Origin: Eubacteriales bacterium
GTDB taxonomy: Bacteria; Bacillota; Clostridia; Oscillospirales; CAG-272
Assembly: GCA_045632305.1 (NCBI GenBank)
Contig: JAZQWL010000043.1
Coordinates: 917-64,916 of the forward strand
Length of the DNA stretch: 64,000 nt
Reading direction: 5' to 3'
Part shown: positions 54,448 through 64,000 of the stretch, piece by piece
Layout: the number at the start of each line of letters is the position of its first letter
Numbering within the stretch: position 1 is the first letter of the stretch
Position numbers and translations under genes: made by a program
The notes under the pieces: generated by a model
Seen by the model: the letters and a program-made list of their open reading frames with translations, nothing else
Database searches by the model: none
What the model was told of the DNA's origin: nothing

Positions 54448-56331
54448 ATGAATTTGAAAACACAGGTTGCCGTAGTTGGCGCAGGACACGCGGGAGTTGA
54501 AGCGGCATGCGCCGCGGCGAGAATGGGGCTTGATACAGTCCTCTTTACGCTCTCTCTTGACGGTATTGCGAATATGCCCTGCAATCCTTCTATCGGCGGC
54601 ACGGCGAAGGGACATCTTGTATATGAGATCGACGCGATGGGCGGCGAAATGGGCAGAATTGCCGATCTTGTCACCATGCAGTCGAGAACTCTTAATCTCG
54701 GTAAGGGCGCGGCGGTTCATTCCAAGCGAATCCAGGCGGATAGAGTTCTTTACTCCAAGCTCATGAAGAAATCCCTTGAAAATAAAGAGAATCTTCGCAT
54801 AGTTCAGGCGGAGATCACCGATATTTTAACTGAAAACGTTGAGGACTCCTCATACGAAAAAAGAATTCTCGGTGTAAGAACTCACCTTGGAGAGGAATGG
54901 AAGTGCGAGGCGGTGATACTGGCGACAGGCACACATCTTGCGGGCAGAATCTTTGTCGGTGATAAAAATTACAGCGCAGGCCCTGACGGAATGCTTCCCG
55001 CAAACGCCTTGACGGCATCTTTGCTTGAAAACGGCATTAAAATCATGCGTTTCAAGACGGGAACACCCGCAAGAGTAAAAAAATCCACCATAAATCTTGA
55101 TGTTTTGGAGCGTCAGGACGGTGAGGACGGATTTTTGCCTTTCTCGTGGGCAACTGATGAGAATTATTATGAGGGGCGCGAGCAGACACCCTGCCATATC
55201 GTGTATACAAACGCGGAAACTCATAGGATTATAAAGGAAAATATACACCGTTCGGCAATGTATTCGGGTCAGATACACGGAACGGGCCCCAGATACTGTC
55301 CGTCTATCGAAGACAAGATCACAAGATTTGCCGATAAGGAACGCCATCAGCTCTTCGTTGAGCCCATGGGATACGACACCGAAGAGATGTATATTCAGGG
55401 ATTTTCGACGTCTTTGCCCACGGACGTTCAGTATTTGATGCTTCGCTCGCTCAAGGGCTTTGAAAATGCGGAAATCATGCGATATGCGTACGCAATTGAA
55501 TACGATTGCGCCGATCCTTTGCAGCTTTACCCTACGCTTGAATTCAAGAAAATATCGGGACTTTACGGCGCAGGACAGTTCAACGGTACTTCGGGATATG
55601 AAGAGGCGGGCGCACAAGGTCTTGTAGCGGGTGCGAATGCGGCACTTAAAATAAAGGGTGAAGAGCCAATGATTTTGGAGCGTTCTTCGAGCTATATCGG
55701 TACTTTGATCGACGATTTGACTACAAAAGGCACAAACGAGCCGTACAGAATGATGACTTCGCGCTCCGAATACCGACTTTTGCTCCGTCAGGATAACGTC
55801 GATGCGCGTCTTACCCCTATTGCTATCCGTTGCGGACTTGTCTCTGAGGCGCAAAAAGAGGCGTTTGAGAGTAAAATGGCGCTTGTAGATGCAGAAAAAG
55901 AACGCCTTGAGAATACGCGCATTTCGAAGGAAAAAGCGTCGGAATTCCTTATAAAACAAGGACAAGACGCCGCAAAATCGGGAGTTTCGATGGCAGATCT
56001 TCTTCGCAGACCCGAGATCGATTACGATACGATTGCCAAGGTTGATATTAACAGACCCAAGCTCCCTAAGAGTGTCTCCTTAACTGCGTCAACTGATATA
56101 AAATACGCAGGATACGTTAAAAGACAGCTTTCCGAGGTTGCAAAGCTTGCGCGTCTTGAAACAAAATCGCTCTCTCCTGAGATCGATTACACAAAGATCC
56201 TCGGATTAAGAATTGAGGCGGCGCAAAAGCTCAATAATATCAAGCCGTTAACTATCGGTCAGGCGTCCAGAATCAGCGGCGTGAGCCCCGCGGATATATC
56301 CGTGCTTCTGATATATCTTGGCATAAGATAA
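54448..56331 (+). CDS. mnmG: tRNA uridine-5-carboxymethylaminomethyl modification enzyme MnmG (GidA)
   Basis: [31 protein letters not shown] and GTSGYEEA motifs. Confidence 0.97.
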   Translation: MNLKTQVAVVGAGHAGVEAACAAARMGLDTVLFTLSLDGIANMPCNPSIGGTAKGHLVYEIDAMGGEMGRIADLVTMQSRTLNLGKGAAVHSKRIQADRVLYSKLMKKSLENKENLRIVQAEITDILTENVEDSSYEKRILGVRTHLGEEWKCEAVILATGTHLAGRIFVGDKNYSAGPDGMLPANALTASLLENGIKIMRFKTGTPARVKKSTINLDVLERQDGEDGFLPFSWATDENYYEGREQTPCHIVYTNAETHRIIKENIHRSAMYSGQIHGTGPRYCPSIEDKITRFADKERHQLFVEPMGYDTEEMYIQGFSTSLPTDVQYLMLRSLKGFENAEIMRYAYAIEYDCADPLQLYPTLEFKKISGLYGAGQFNGTSGYEEAGAQGLVAGANAALKIKGEEPMILERSSSYIGTLIDDLTTKGTNEPYRMMTSRSEYRLLLRQDNVDARLTPIAIRCGLVSEAQKEAFESKMALVDAEKERLENTRISKEKASEFLIKQGQDAAKSGVSMADLLRRPEIDYDTIAKVDINRPKLPKSVSLTASTDIKYAGYVKRQLSEVAKLARLETKSLSPEIDYTKILGLRIEAAQKLNNIKPLTIGQASRISGVSPADISVLLIYLGIR

Positions 56332-56342
56332 GGAGAAAATAT

Positions 56343-57071
56343 ATGAATTACAACGAATTTTCCTTATTGTATAAAGAAATCTTGGCAAAAAACAATCTTG
56401 GTAAATATATCGACGACGCGATTTGCCACAAGTTCTTTGACTTTTATAATATACTTGTTGAAACAAACAAGACGATGAATGTAACGAGAATCCTTGACGC
56501 CAAGGATGCTATCGTGAAGCATTTTGCCGATTGTCTCCTGCTTGCGGAAATGATTCCCGACGGTGAGTTTTCCTTGATCGACGTTGGTTGTGGCGGCGGT
56601 TTTCCCACCATACCGCTTGCAATAGCAAAGAAATCCCTTAAGATCACGGCAATTGACAGCACCTCCAAAAAGGTTGATTTTGTGAATTCCACCGCAAGGT
56701 TGCTTGAACTTTCAAATGTAAATGCTATTTCTGCTCGTGCTGAAGAATTTATTGACGGAAAACGCGAGAGCTTTGATTTTGCAACAAGCCGCGCGGTCGC
56801 AAGATTGAATATGCTTGTGGAATTGACTGTTCCTTACGTTAAAATCGGAGGTAAATTCCTCGCCATGAAGGGGTCGGCGGTACATGAAGAGCTTGACGAG
56901 GCACTAGGTGGCATTAAAAAGCTTGGCGCGGAGGTCCTGGATGTAGTTGACGTTGAATTGCTCGGCGGTGATGAAATTAATTCTCGCGGAGTAATAATCA
57001 TCGAAAAGAAAAGCGAAACCCTCTCGGCTTATCCGAGAAAGTTTGGACAAATTAAAAATAAGCCGTTATAA
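56343..57071 (+). CDS. rsmG: 16S rRNA m7G527 methyltransferase RsmG (GidB)
   Basis: KHFADC, DVGCGGGFP, RAE, SRAVA and YPR motifs. Confidence 0.95.
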   Translation: MNYNEFSLLYKEILAKNNLGKYIDDAICHKFFDFYNILVETNKTMNVTRILDAKDAIVKHFADCLLLAEMIPDGEFSLIDVGCGGGFPTIPLAIAKKSLKITAIDSTSKKVDFVNSTARLLELSNVNAISARAEEFIDGKRESFDFATSRAVARLNMLVELTVPYVKIGGKFLAMKGSAVHEELDEALGGIKKLGAEVLDVVDVELLGGDEINSRGVIIIEKKSETLSAYPRKFGQIKNKPL

Positions 57072-57075
57072 CGTT

Positions 57076-57100
57076 AAGCCGCCCGATCCGGGCGGCTTTT
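57076..57100 (+). terminator. Intrinsic terminator after rsmG
   Basis: AAGCCGCCCG-ATC-CGGGCGGCTTTT. Confidence 0.8.
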
Positions 57101-57248
57101 GTTTCACGTGAAACTTTTATTACGAGAGTTGAGGATTGTTTCACGTGAAACTTTTGTTACAGGAGCCAGTTTGTGTTTCGCGTGAAACAAGAATATTATG
57201 TCTTGGATCGCCAAGCGACCAATTTTCGGGCGTGTTTCACGTGAAACA
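57100..57248. promoter_or_regulatory. parS: Cluster of four parS centromere sites
   Basis: TGTTTCACGTGAAACT (57100, 57137), TGTTTCGCGTGAAACA (57174) and perfect TGTTTCACGTGAAACA (57233). Confidence 0.93.
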
Positions 57249-57323
57249 CGCCTTCATTTTGCGTTTGTGGCGGAAAAACGGAGATATTTTTTAAAAATTC
57301 CTCAAGTTTTTTGTGAAATGCTA

Positions 57324-57352
57324 TTGAAAAAGAAGAAAATATGTTGTATAAT
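57324..57352 (+). promoter_or_regulatory. sigmaA promoter of parA-parB-serS
   Basis: TTGAAA-17 nt-TATAAT. Confidence 0.7.
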
Positions 57353-57394
57353 TGATGTAGTTTGAACTATGAAAAAATTCGGAGGTATAAGATT

Positions 57395-58156
57395 TTGGGT
57401 AAAATAATTTCATTTTGCAACCAAAAAGGCGGCGTAGGTAAAACAACCTCTGCCGTAAATGTGGCTGCTTCGCTCGGAATCCTCGGTTACAAGGTGCTTC
57501 TTATCGACCTTGATCCCCAGGGTAACGCGACGAGTGGCGTGGGCATTTCTAAAAAGGGCTTAAAATCAAGCATTAATGACGTGATTTTGGGCGATGTTCC
57601 TGCTAAGGATGCGATTCGAACAACAGAATTTGCGAATCTTGATGTGATTCCTGCAAATATTGCGCTCGCAGGCGCGGAATACAACCTTTACGATGATGGA
57701 GGCAACGAGCATATAATAAAGGATGCTTTAGCACCCGTAAAGGATAATTACGATTACATAATTGTTGACTGTCCTCCTTCGCTCTCAATGATTACGGTTA
57801 ACTCCATGGTGGCGAGCGACGGTATCGTTATTCCCATGCAGTGCGAATTTTACGCGCTCGAGGGCTTGTCTCAGCTTACTGTTACGGTAAATAAGATCAA
57901 GCAGAACTTCAATCCCAAGCTCAATATCACAGGACTTCTTATTACAATGCACAATGGTAGACTTCTTTTGTCCATGCAGGTAATTAATGAGCTTAAAAAG
58001 CACTATTCCGATAGAATTTTTGAGACAAAAATCACCCGTGGCGTAAAGGTTTCCGAGGCGCCCGGCTTTGGTATGCCCGTATATTACCATGATAAGAAGT
58101 GTAAGGGTGCAACCGAGTATCTTGCGGTTGCAAAAGAGCTTGCAACAAGAATCTAA
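57395..58156 (+). CDS. parA: Chromosome partitioning ATPase ParA/Soj
   Basis: NQKGGVGKTT deviant Walker A, DLDPQGN, DCPPSL; TTG start after GGAGG. Confidence 0.95.
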   Translation: MGKIISFCNQKGGVGKTTSAVNVAASLGILGYKVLLIDLDPQGNATSGVGISKKGLKSSINDVILGDVPAKDAIRTTEFANLDVIPANIALAGAEYNLYDDGGNEHIIKDALAPVKDNYDYIIVDCPPSLSMITVNSMVASDGIVIPMQCEFYALEGLSQLTVTVNKIKQNFNPKLNITGLLITMHNGRLLLSMQVINELKKHYSDRIFETKITRGVKVSEAPGFGMPVYYHDKKCKGATEYLAVAKELATRI

Positions 58157-58205
58157 TATAAATAAATGAAGAAAACAGCCGTTTATCGGCGGAATGGAGA
58201 TAAAT

Positions 58206-59087
58206 ATGGCACGTGGCGGTCTTGGAAGAGATTTTTATTCAATTCTTGACGATAATATGATCGAAGAAAAGAAGGATAGTGTTACTACTATCCGCATTTC
58301 CGACATCGAACCCAGGGGGGATCAGCCCAGAAAGACTTTTGATGATGAAAGCTTGCAACTTTTAGCTGATTCTATTGCTATTCATGGCGTTCTTCAGCCC
58401 ATTATAGTAAGAGAAAATGCCCGCTTCCCTGGTTCTTATGAGATAATTGCGGGTGAAAGACGCTGGAGAGCGTCCAAAATGGCGGGACTTTCCGAAATTC
58501 CCGTTATTGTTATCGACGGAGATGACCTTAAGGTCGCTCAGATTTCTCTTGTTGAAAACGTACAGAGAGAAAATCTTAATCCCGTTGAAGAAGCGCTTGC
58601 ATATAGCGCCCTTCTCGAGAGATATAATATGACTCAGGAGCAGATTTCTCGCGAGGTTGGTAAGAGCCGTTCGGCAATTGCGAATATGCTTCGTCTTCTT
58701 GACCTTCCTGACGAGGTTCTCACGATGCTCAAGGAAGAAAAGATCACAAACGGTCATGCCAGAGCGCTTCTCGGTCTCAAGAGTGACGAGCAGATGATCT
58801 CTTTGGCGCAGAAGATTTGCGACAACGAGCTTTCAGTTCGTGACGTTGAAAGAATCGTTCGTCTTATGGCTGCCGAAAGACCTGTGGACGTTCCTAATAA
58901 CAAGCCCGACGCACAGAGACGCGTTTACATGAGAGATCTTGAAAGAAAGATCATGGAAACTCTCGGACGCAAGGCAAAGATCAATCAGTCTGCAAAGAAA
59001 AAGACCCTTGAGCTTTCCTATGACGATGACGCAGACCTCGAAGAGCTTCTCGAGCTTATCTGCGGCAATGATATATTCAAGGCGTGA
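58206..59087 (+). CDS. parB: Chromosome partitioning protein ParB/Spo0J
   Basis: GGLGR, QPRK.F, GERRWRA, ENVQRENL, HTH and GHARALL motifs. Confidence 0.95.
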   Translation: MARGGLGRDFYSILDDNMIEEKKDSVTTIRISDIEPRGDQPRKTFDDESLQLLADSIAIHGVLQPIIVRENARFPGSYEIIAGERRWRASKMAGLSEIPVIVIDGDDLKVAQISLVENVQRENLNPVEEALAYSALLERYNMTQEQISREVGKSRSAIANMLRLLDLPDEVLTMLKEEKITNGHARALLGLKSDEQMISLAQKICDNELSVRDVERIVRLMAAERPVDVPNNKPDAQRRVYMRDLERKIMETLGRKAKINQSAKKKTLELSYDDDADLEELLELICGNDIFKA

Positions 59088-59126
59088 TTTGTCGCAAAAA
59101 ATCTATATACTGAAAGGAAAAACACC

Positions 59127-60404
59127 ATGCTTGATATCAATTATATAAAGAGCAATCCCGAAGAGGTTATTGAAAGACTTGCCACAAAGGGCAAGGACGC
59201 AAAGGAAGAAATTGCAAAGATCCTTGAGCTTGACGCCAAGAGAAGAGCCCTTATTTCTTCGACAGAATCACTCAAGGCAGAGCAGAACAAGCTCTCCAAG
59301 ATGATCCCTATGTACAAGAAGGAAGGAAAGGATCCTTCCGAGATCTTCGCTAAATCCCGTGAGATCGGCGCGACCGTAAAGGCAAACGACGAGCAGATCA
59401 AGGCACTTGAGGCGGAGCTTTCCTCCTATATGCTCGCGCTTCCCAATCTTCCCGACCGTGATCTCAAGGCAGGCGGCAAGGAAAACAACGAGCCCATCCG
59501 TTACTTTGGTGAGCCCCACAAGTTTGATTTTGAGCCGAAGAATCACGTTGATCTTTGTACAAATCTCGGTCTTATCGACTACGAGCGCGGTACAAAGCTT
59601 TCCGGCTCCGGCTTCTGGATCTACCGCGGTATGGGTGCGCGCCTTGAATGGGCACTTCTCAATTACTTTATCGACACACATCTCGGTGACGGCTACGAGC
59701 TTATTTTGCCCCCTCACATGCTTGAATATGAGTGCGGCTTGACTGCAGGACAGTTCCCAAAGTTCGCTGATGAGGTTTATAAGATCGAAAATCCCACAGA
59801 TAACAGAATGAGATACATGCTTCCCACAGCTGAAGCGGCTCTTGCATCCCTTTACAGAAATGAAATTCTTACAGAAGCAGACCTTCCCAAGAAGCTTGTG
59901 AGCTACACACCCTGCTTTAGACGTGAGGCGGGCTCGTACCGTTCCGACGAAAGAGGTATGGTAAGAGGACATCAGTTCAACAAGGTTGAAATGTTCCAGT
60001 ATACACTTCCTGAGAAGAGTGACGAGGCGTTCGACGAGCTTGTTGATAAGGCAGAAAAGCTTGTTTCCGGTCTTGGTTTCCACTTCAGAACGGTTAAGCT
60101 CGCAGCAGAGGACTGCTCGGCATCCATGGCAAGAACTTACGATATCGAGATCAATATTCCTTCCATGAACGGCTATAAGGAAGTAAGCTCAGTATCCAAC
60201 GCTCGTGACTACCAGGCGCGCCGCGGTATGATGAGAGTTAAGCGCGCGGACGGCAGAATTGAGTATCTCCATACTCTTAACGGCTCCGGCCTTGCAACAT
60301 CCAGAATTCTGCCCGCACTCGTGGAACAGAATCAGAATGCTGACGGCTCTGTAACAGTGCCCGAGGTTCTCCGCAAGTATCTTGGAGTAGACGTAATTAA
60401 ATAA
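59127..60404 (+). CDS. serS: Seryl-tRNA synthetase
   Basis: N-terminal coiled coil, PTAE, FRREAG, HQFNKVE and TLNGSGLA motifs. Confidence 0.96.
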   Translation: MLDINYIKSNPEEVIERLATKGKDAKEEIAKILELDAKRRALISSTESLKAEQNKLSKMIPMYKKEGKDPSEIFAKSREIGATVKANDEQIKALEAELSSYMLALPNLPDRDLKAGGKENNEPIRYFGEPHKFDFEPKNHVDLCTNLGLIDYERGTKLSGSGFWIYRGMGARLEWALLNYFIDTHLGDGYELILPPHMLEYECGLTAGQFPKFADEVYKIENPTDNRMRYMLPTAEAALASLYRNEILTEADLPKKLVSYTPCFRREAGSYRSDERGMVRGHQFNKVEMFQYTLPEKSDEAFDELVDKAEKLVSGLGFHFRTVKLAAEDCSASMARTYDIEINIPSMNGYKEVSSVSNARDYQARRGMMRVKRADGRIEYLHTLNGSGLATSRILPALVEQNQNADGSVTVPEVLRKYLGVDVIK

Positions 60405-60412
60405 GATGGGAT

Positions 60413-60444
60413 AGCAGAAAAAGAACAAATGTTCTTTTTCTGCT
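60413..60444 (+). terminator. Hairpin or terminator after serS
   Basis: AGCAGAAAAAGAACA-AA-TGTTCTTTTTCTGCT. Confidence 0.6.
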
Positions 60445-60475
60445 TATATAACTTGAAAATTTTTAAGGAAAAAAC

Positions 60476-61120
60476 ATGGAATTTTTAGAAAAGTTCAAGG
60501 GAACGAAATTTTATCAGTTTTTTGAGAACATTTTTGATATATTTTTCAATCCCGAAAAGGTAGCGCTTGAGAATATCGACACCTCGGGCGGAATTGTGAC
60601 GCTGCGTATAATTATCATAGGCATAATGTTCGGCTTTTGCGCGGCGGCGATCGCTGTTCTTTATGAAAAGAGAGTCATCGGCGGCTTTGTCAAAAAGCTG
60701 CTTTACGAGGATTGTGTCGGCTCGGATAAGGCAAAGACGCTTCAGGAGCTTGGATTTGGGAAAAATCCTTCGATCCGTTCGAGCTTACGTAGCGGCAGCA
60801 CCCTTAAGAGATGGGTGAAATGCGTCGAGGAAGACGAGTTCTGGGCATCGGTTGAAGAAAAAAGAGTTGAATTCGAGGCGGAACATCCGGGTGAAAGCTA
60901 TGTTTATCCCGCATTCAAGCGTGATCCCGATACTATGAGATTTTATATTCCGAGTGAGCTTAAATACAAGGCGGACGTAAAGTTCAGCACAAAGGGAGCG
61001 AATATCGTTTCTGCTATTATGGTTATACTTATCAGTATCATCCTCTGCGCTGTTCTCTGCTCAGTCATCCCCGATATGCTCATGTTCGCGGATAATTTTA
61101 TTACGATAATAAGGAGTTAA
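60476..61120 (+). CDS. Hypothetical membrane protein (two TMs flanking a soluble domain)
   Basis: AAGGA RBS, two hydrophobic segments, codon usage like its neighbours. Confidence 0.7.
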   Translation: MEFLEKFKGTKFYQFFENIFDIFFNPEKVALENIDTSGGIVTLRIIIIGIMFGFCAAAIAVLYEKRVIGGFVKKLLYEDCVGSDKAKTLQELGFGKNPSIRSSLRSGSTLKRWVKCVEEDEFWASVEEKRVEFEAEHPGESYVYPAFKRDPDTMRFYIPSELKYKADVKFSTKGANIVSAIMVILISIILCAVLCSVIPDMLMFADNFITIIRS

Positions 61121-61133
61121 CAATATAGATTAT

Positions 61134-61814
61134 ATGAAAAGACCTGTAATAGGAATTATGCCGTCTCACGACGGAGATTATATGAGACTTAAGAATACTT
61201 ATCACGAGGCGATATGGACTTCGGGCGGTGTTCCGCTTACGTTGTCTTATACGACTGACAGTGAAAGACTTGCTCAATACATAGATGCTTGCGACGGATT
61301 TTTGTTCTCGGGCGGACTTGATCTTGACCCCGCGCTTTACGGTGAGGAAGTAAAGTTTGACAACGTTGAGACAGACCCCGCAAGAGACGATTTTGAAAAA
61401 GCAATTTTCCCCATGGTTTACAAGACGGAAAAGCCCGTGCTTGGAATTTGCCGCGGACTTCAGGGAATTAACGTTTTCCTTGGCGGTTCGCTTTTCCAGC
61501 ATATTGACGGACACAGTCAGAGACCGACGCCCGGAACCGAGCCCACACAGAGGGTTAAGGTTGTCGAGGGCTCAAAGCTCCACGAAATCACGGGTGAGAA
61601 CGAGCTTACAGTCAACACCTTCCACCATCAGGCGATTAATCGAGTGGCCGTTTGCCTTGCGGTTGACGCGGTGGCGGAGGACGGCACTATCGAGGCGGTT
61701 CACCACAAGGAAAGAGACTTTTTCGTAGCGGTTCAGTGGCATCCTGAGATTTATTTTAAGAGCGATGCGGCGATGCAAAAGCTGTTTATGACTTTTATTG
61801 AAAAATGCAAATAA
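61134..61814 (+). CDS. Class I glutamine amidotransferase, peptidase C26 (PuuD-like)
   Basis: KRPVIGI, SGGLDLDP, GICRGLQ nucleophile, NTFHHQA and QWHPE motifs. Confidence 0.9.
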   Translation: MKRPVIGIMPSHDGDYMRLKNTYHEAIWTSGGVPLTLSYTTDSERLAQYIDACDGFLFSGGLDLDPALYGEEVKFDNVETDPARDDFEKAIFPMVYKTEKPVLGICRGLQGINVFLGGSLFQHIDGHSQRPTPGTEPTQRVKVVEGSKLHEITGENELTVNTFHHQAINRVAVCLAVDAVAEDGTIEAVHHKERDFFVAVQWHPEIYFKSDAAMQKLFMTFIEKCK

Positions 61815-61818
61815 ATAA

Positions 61819-61850
61819 AGCGGTTTAGCAATGCTAAACCGCTCATTTTT
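61819..61850. terminator. Bidirectional terminator
   Basis: AGCGGTTTAGCA-A-TGCTAAACCGCT between convergent genes. Confidence 0.75.
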
Positions 61851-62754
61851 ATTTAAAAAAGTGATGATTCTGAATTGAGAACGCAAACGGACGCGTTTTT
61901 ACGATCCAATTTGATGACGATGCGCTCGGATTCAAAAAGTACAGGATTTCGCTTGAGAGGGAATAGCCCTCATAGCACATCTTCGCGGCAATAATACTTT
62001 CCGCATCCGCGGTTTTGTAAATTCTGCCGTTTGACACGGGCGCGAATTGAACGCCGTATTTTTTATCGAAAATGACTCCGTAAATCGTGTTTGGGTACTG
62101 ATTTGAACGCATTCTGTTTAAAATTACGTTTCCAACGGCTATTTTTCCGCGCATCGGCTCACCCTCCGCCTCCGCAGATATGATTTTTGCAAGCCAATAA
62201 ATATCATTTTCATTATAAACCTGCTTAGCATCCTTGAGCAGACGGGTATCTCCCGAGCTTACAACGAAGGTCTGCTTTTTATCATCGTATTTTATGTGAG
62301 AATTGAGCGCTTTGACGAGCGGCTTTATGGGAACGTACATTTCGTTGTTTCTCAAAAGAATTTTTTCCTGTGTGTAGAAATATCTGCCGTTCGCTTCTAT
62401 GTAGAGCGTGCCTTCCTTGGCGGAAATTTTAAGATTTTCGCCCGAGATTGTAGCCGTTCTGCTTTTAGAATCGTATTTGTTGCTGAATTTTCCGAGCCAT
62501 GCGGCAAAACGAAACATAGGAACGTATGTAACGCCGTCAATATTGAAGATCTCGCCGTGAAACAGAGATCTGCCGTTTATTTCCACGTGTCCGTAATACG
62601 TTGCGTGAGCGTCTGCCGTTCGTTCGGCAGTGAGGGTTACGGGCGCGGCTTCCACTTCTTTTGCCGCGGTGCTGAGTGACAGGGTAGCGGCGCTCACGGA
62701 TAAGGCGATCGAAGCCCCCAAAAGTCCTGAAATTATTCTTTTACATTTTATCAT
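61849..62754 (-). CDS. SleB/Hydrolase_2-type cell-wall hydrolase with a copper-amine-oxidase-like N-terminal domain
   Basis: Signal peptide; TYVP/YVPIK repeats; LAKIISAEAEGE, AVGNVILNR, QF and LYFLNP motifs; AAGGAGG RBS before ATG 62754. Confidence 0.87.
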   Translation of the reverse strand: MIKCKRIISGLLGASIALSVSAATLSLSTAAKEVEAAPVTLTAERTADAHATYYGHVEINGRSLFHGEIFNIDGVTYVPMFRFAAWLGKFSNKYDSKSRTATISGENLKISAKEGTLYIEANGRYFYTQEKILLRNNEMYVPIKPLVKALNSHIKYDDKKQTFVVSSGDTRLLKDAKQVYNENDIYWLAKIISAEAEGEPMRGKIAVGNVILNRMRSNQYPNTIYGVIFDKKYGVQFAPVSNGRIYKTADAESIIAAKMCYEGYSLSSEILYFLNPSASSSNWIVKTRPFAFSIQNHHFFK

Positions 62755-63094
62755 ACAAATCCTCCTTTTTTGATTCAGTCGACTGGAATTTGTATAATAA
62801 TTGTAACACAGATATACTTCTTCTTCAAGGAACAATATATTCCACTTGTGGCATTTTTTGCTTTTATTTAAAGGATTTTACTGATTTCATTTGAAAATAT
62901 TATAAGAAAAAGCGGGAATAATAATATTGAGAATTCGTTTGTTTTCCTTTGTTTTATATATGATAAATTTGATCAAGAATTTTCTTTGCAGAACGCGCAG
63001 AAGCCGTATGCGAATGAGAAGATTTTCCATGCTTGAATTTGCATAAAATTAGTAAAAAGCGGACAATATCGCGCACGGAATTGCGAAAGATGAG

Positions 63095-63199
63095 GCGTAG
63101 AATGCAGAGCGCAGAGTGCGGAGATGAAATAAAATGCAGATTTTCGACCCGTTCGAAATTCCACTATAACTCTGCATTTGTAACTCTTAACTCTGCACT
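63095..63199. repeat. Heptamer-repeat inverted repeat
   Basis: GCGTAGA-ATGCAGA-GCGCAGA-GTGCGGA on the left; TATAACT-CTGCATT-TGTAACT-CTTAACT-CTGCACT on the right. Confidence 0.55.
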
Positions 63200-63201
63200 A
63201 A

Positions 63202-63229
63202 AAAAGCTCCCACAACCGTGGGAGCTTTT
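63202..63229 (-). terminator. Intrinsic terminator after purH
   Basis: AAAAGCTCCCAC-AACC-GTGGGAGCTTTT. Confidence 0.8.
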
Positions 63230-63232
63230 GAA

Positions 63233-64000
63233 TTAATGGTGGAAAAGTCGCATTCCCGTGAATGCCATGACCATATCATTTTTATCGCATTCTGCGATAA
63301 CGAGGTCATCACGAATAGAGCCGCCGGGCTGCGCTACGTATTTAACACCGGACATGTATGCTCTCTTAATATTGTCTGCAAAGGGGAAGAATGCGTCGGA
63401 TGCAAGAGCGACGTCGGTGAAGCTGTCAAGCCAAGCTCTGCGTTCCTCGGCTGTGATGGGCTCGGGCTTTTCTGTGAAATAATTTTCCCAGATGCCGTCG
63501 GCGCAAACGTCTTCTTCGTTGCCGTTTATGTAGCCGTCGATCACGTTGTCGCGCTCGGGTCTGCCCATTTTCTCAAGGAAGGGAAGGGCAAGCGTCTTGG
63601 GGTGCTGACGCATAAGCCATGTGTCTGCCTTGGTACCTGCCAAGCGAGTGCAGTGGATTCTGGACTGCTGACCTGCGCCCACGCCTATCGCCTGACCGTC
63701 GTAAGCGTAGCAAACCGAGTTGGACTGTGTATACTTAAGTGTGATAAGAGCGATAATGAGGTCGCGCTTTGCGTTCTCCGTAAGATTTTTGTTCGCTGTT
63801 ACAATATTTTCGAAGAGATGCTCGCCAATCTTGAATTCGTTTCTGCCCTGTTCGAATGTAATTCCGTAAACGTCCTTTGTTTCAATGGGCTCGGGAGTGT
63901 AGCTTAGGTCGATTTCAACTACGTTGTAGCCGCCCTTTCTCTTTCCTTTGAGAATTTCAAGAGCTTCGGGCTCGTAGCCGGGAGCAATAATACCGTCGGA
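63233..64000 (-). CDS. purH: AICAR transformylase (PurH-type), 5' part outside the window
   Basis: Frame reads SDGIIAPGY at the window edge; KYTQSN, GAGQQSRIHCT, SDAFFPF, QPGGS.RD and MRLFHH motifs. Confidence 0.92.
   Translation of the reverse strand, partial: SDGIIAPGYEPEALEILKGKRKGGYNVVEIDLSYTPEPIETKDVYGITFEQGRNEFKIGEHLFENIVTANKNLTENAKRDLIIALITLKYTQSNSVCYAYDGQAIGVGAGQQSRIHCTRLAGTKADTWLMRQHPKTLALPFLEKMGRPERDNVIDGYINGNEEDVCADGIWENYFTEKPEPITAEERRAWLDSFTDVALASDAFFPFADNIKRAYMSGVKYVAQPGGSIRDDLVIAECDKNDMVMAFTGMRLFHH

Overview
A chromosomal, mostly housekeeping segment of a Firmicute, most likely a spore-forming Clostridia member. This assignment is inferred from gene content and order: ytvI, a SleB-like hydrolase, DUF512-der, yybS-gdpP-rplI-dnaB, tilS-hpt-ftsH, and sigmaA-type TTGACA-17-TATAAT promoters. 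Contents in order: der/DUF512/split transketolase; alr-HAD-RsmF-acyltransferase-YfcC-like transporter; rimP-nusA-ylxR-ylxQ-infB followed by a NUDIX gene; yybS to ftsH; a class I lysyl-tRNA synthetase fused to a tRNA-binding domain; an HPr-like gene; rpsT; two cyclophilin lipoproteins; ytvI; an enlarged Opp operon; tRNA-Met and tRNA-Glu; a GldA/F/G/G/DUF4340-like ABC module; ahcY-mnmG-rsmG; four parS sites; parA-parB-serS; a C26 hydrolase; a cell-wall hydrolase; and partial purH. No integrase, transposase, cas or phage gene was recognised. The most unusual signals are non-coding. (1) A ~610-bp quasi-periodic array downstream of tRNA-Glu, built from copies of the tRNA 3' end, terminator hairpins and multi-hairpin units with compensatory base changes. 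(2) A complete leader-peptide attenuator in front of an orphan lipoprotein. (3) A pseudoknot-capable 5' leader on rpsT. (4) A recurring intergenic CCTT-N7-AAGG dyad. All family assignments come from motif recognition by eye; no database searches were run.
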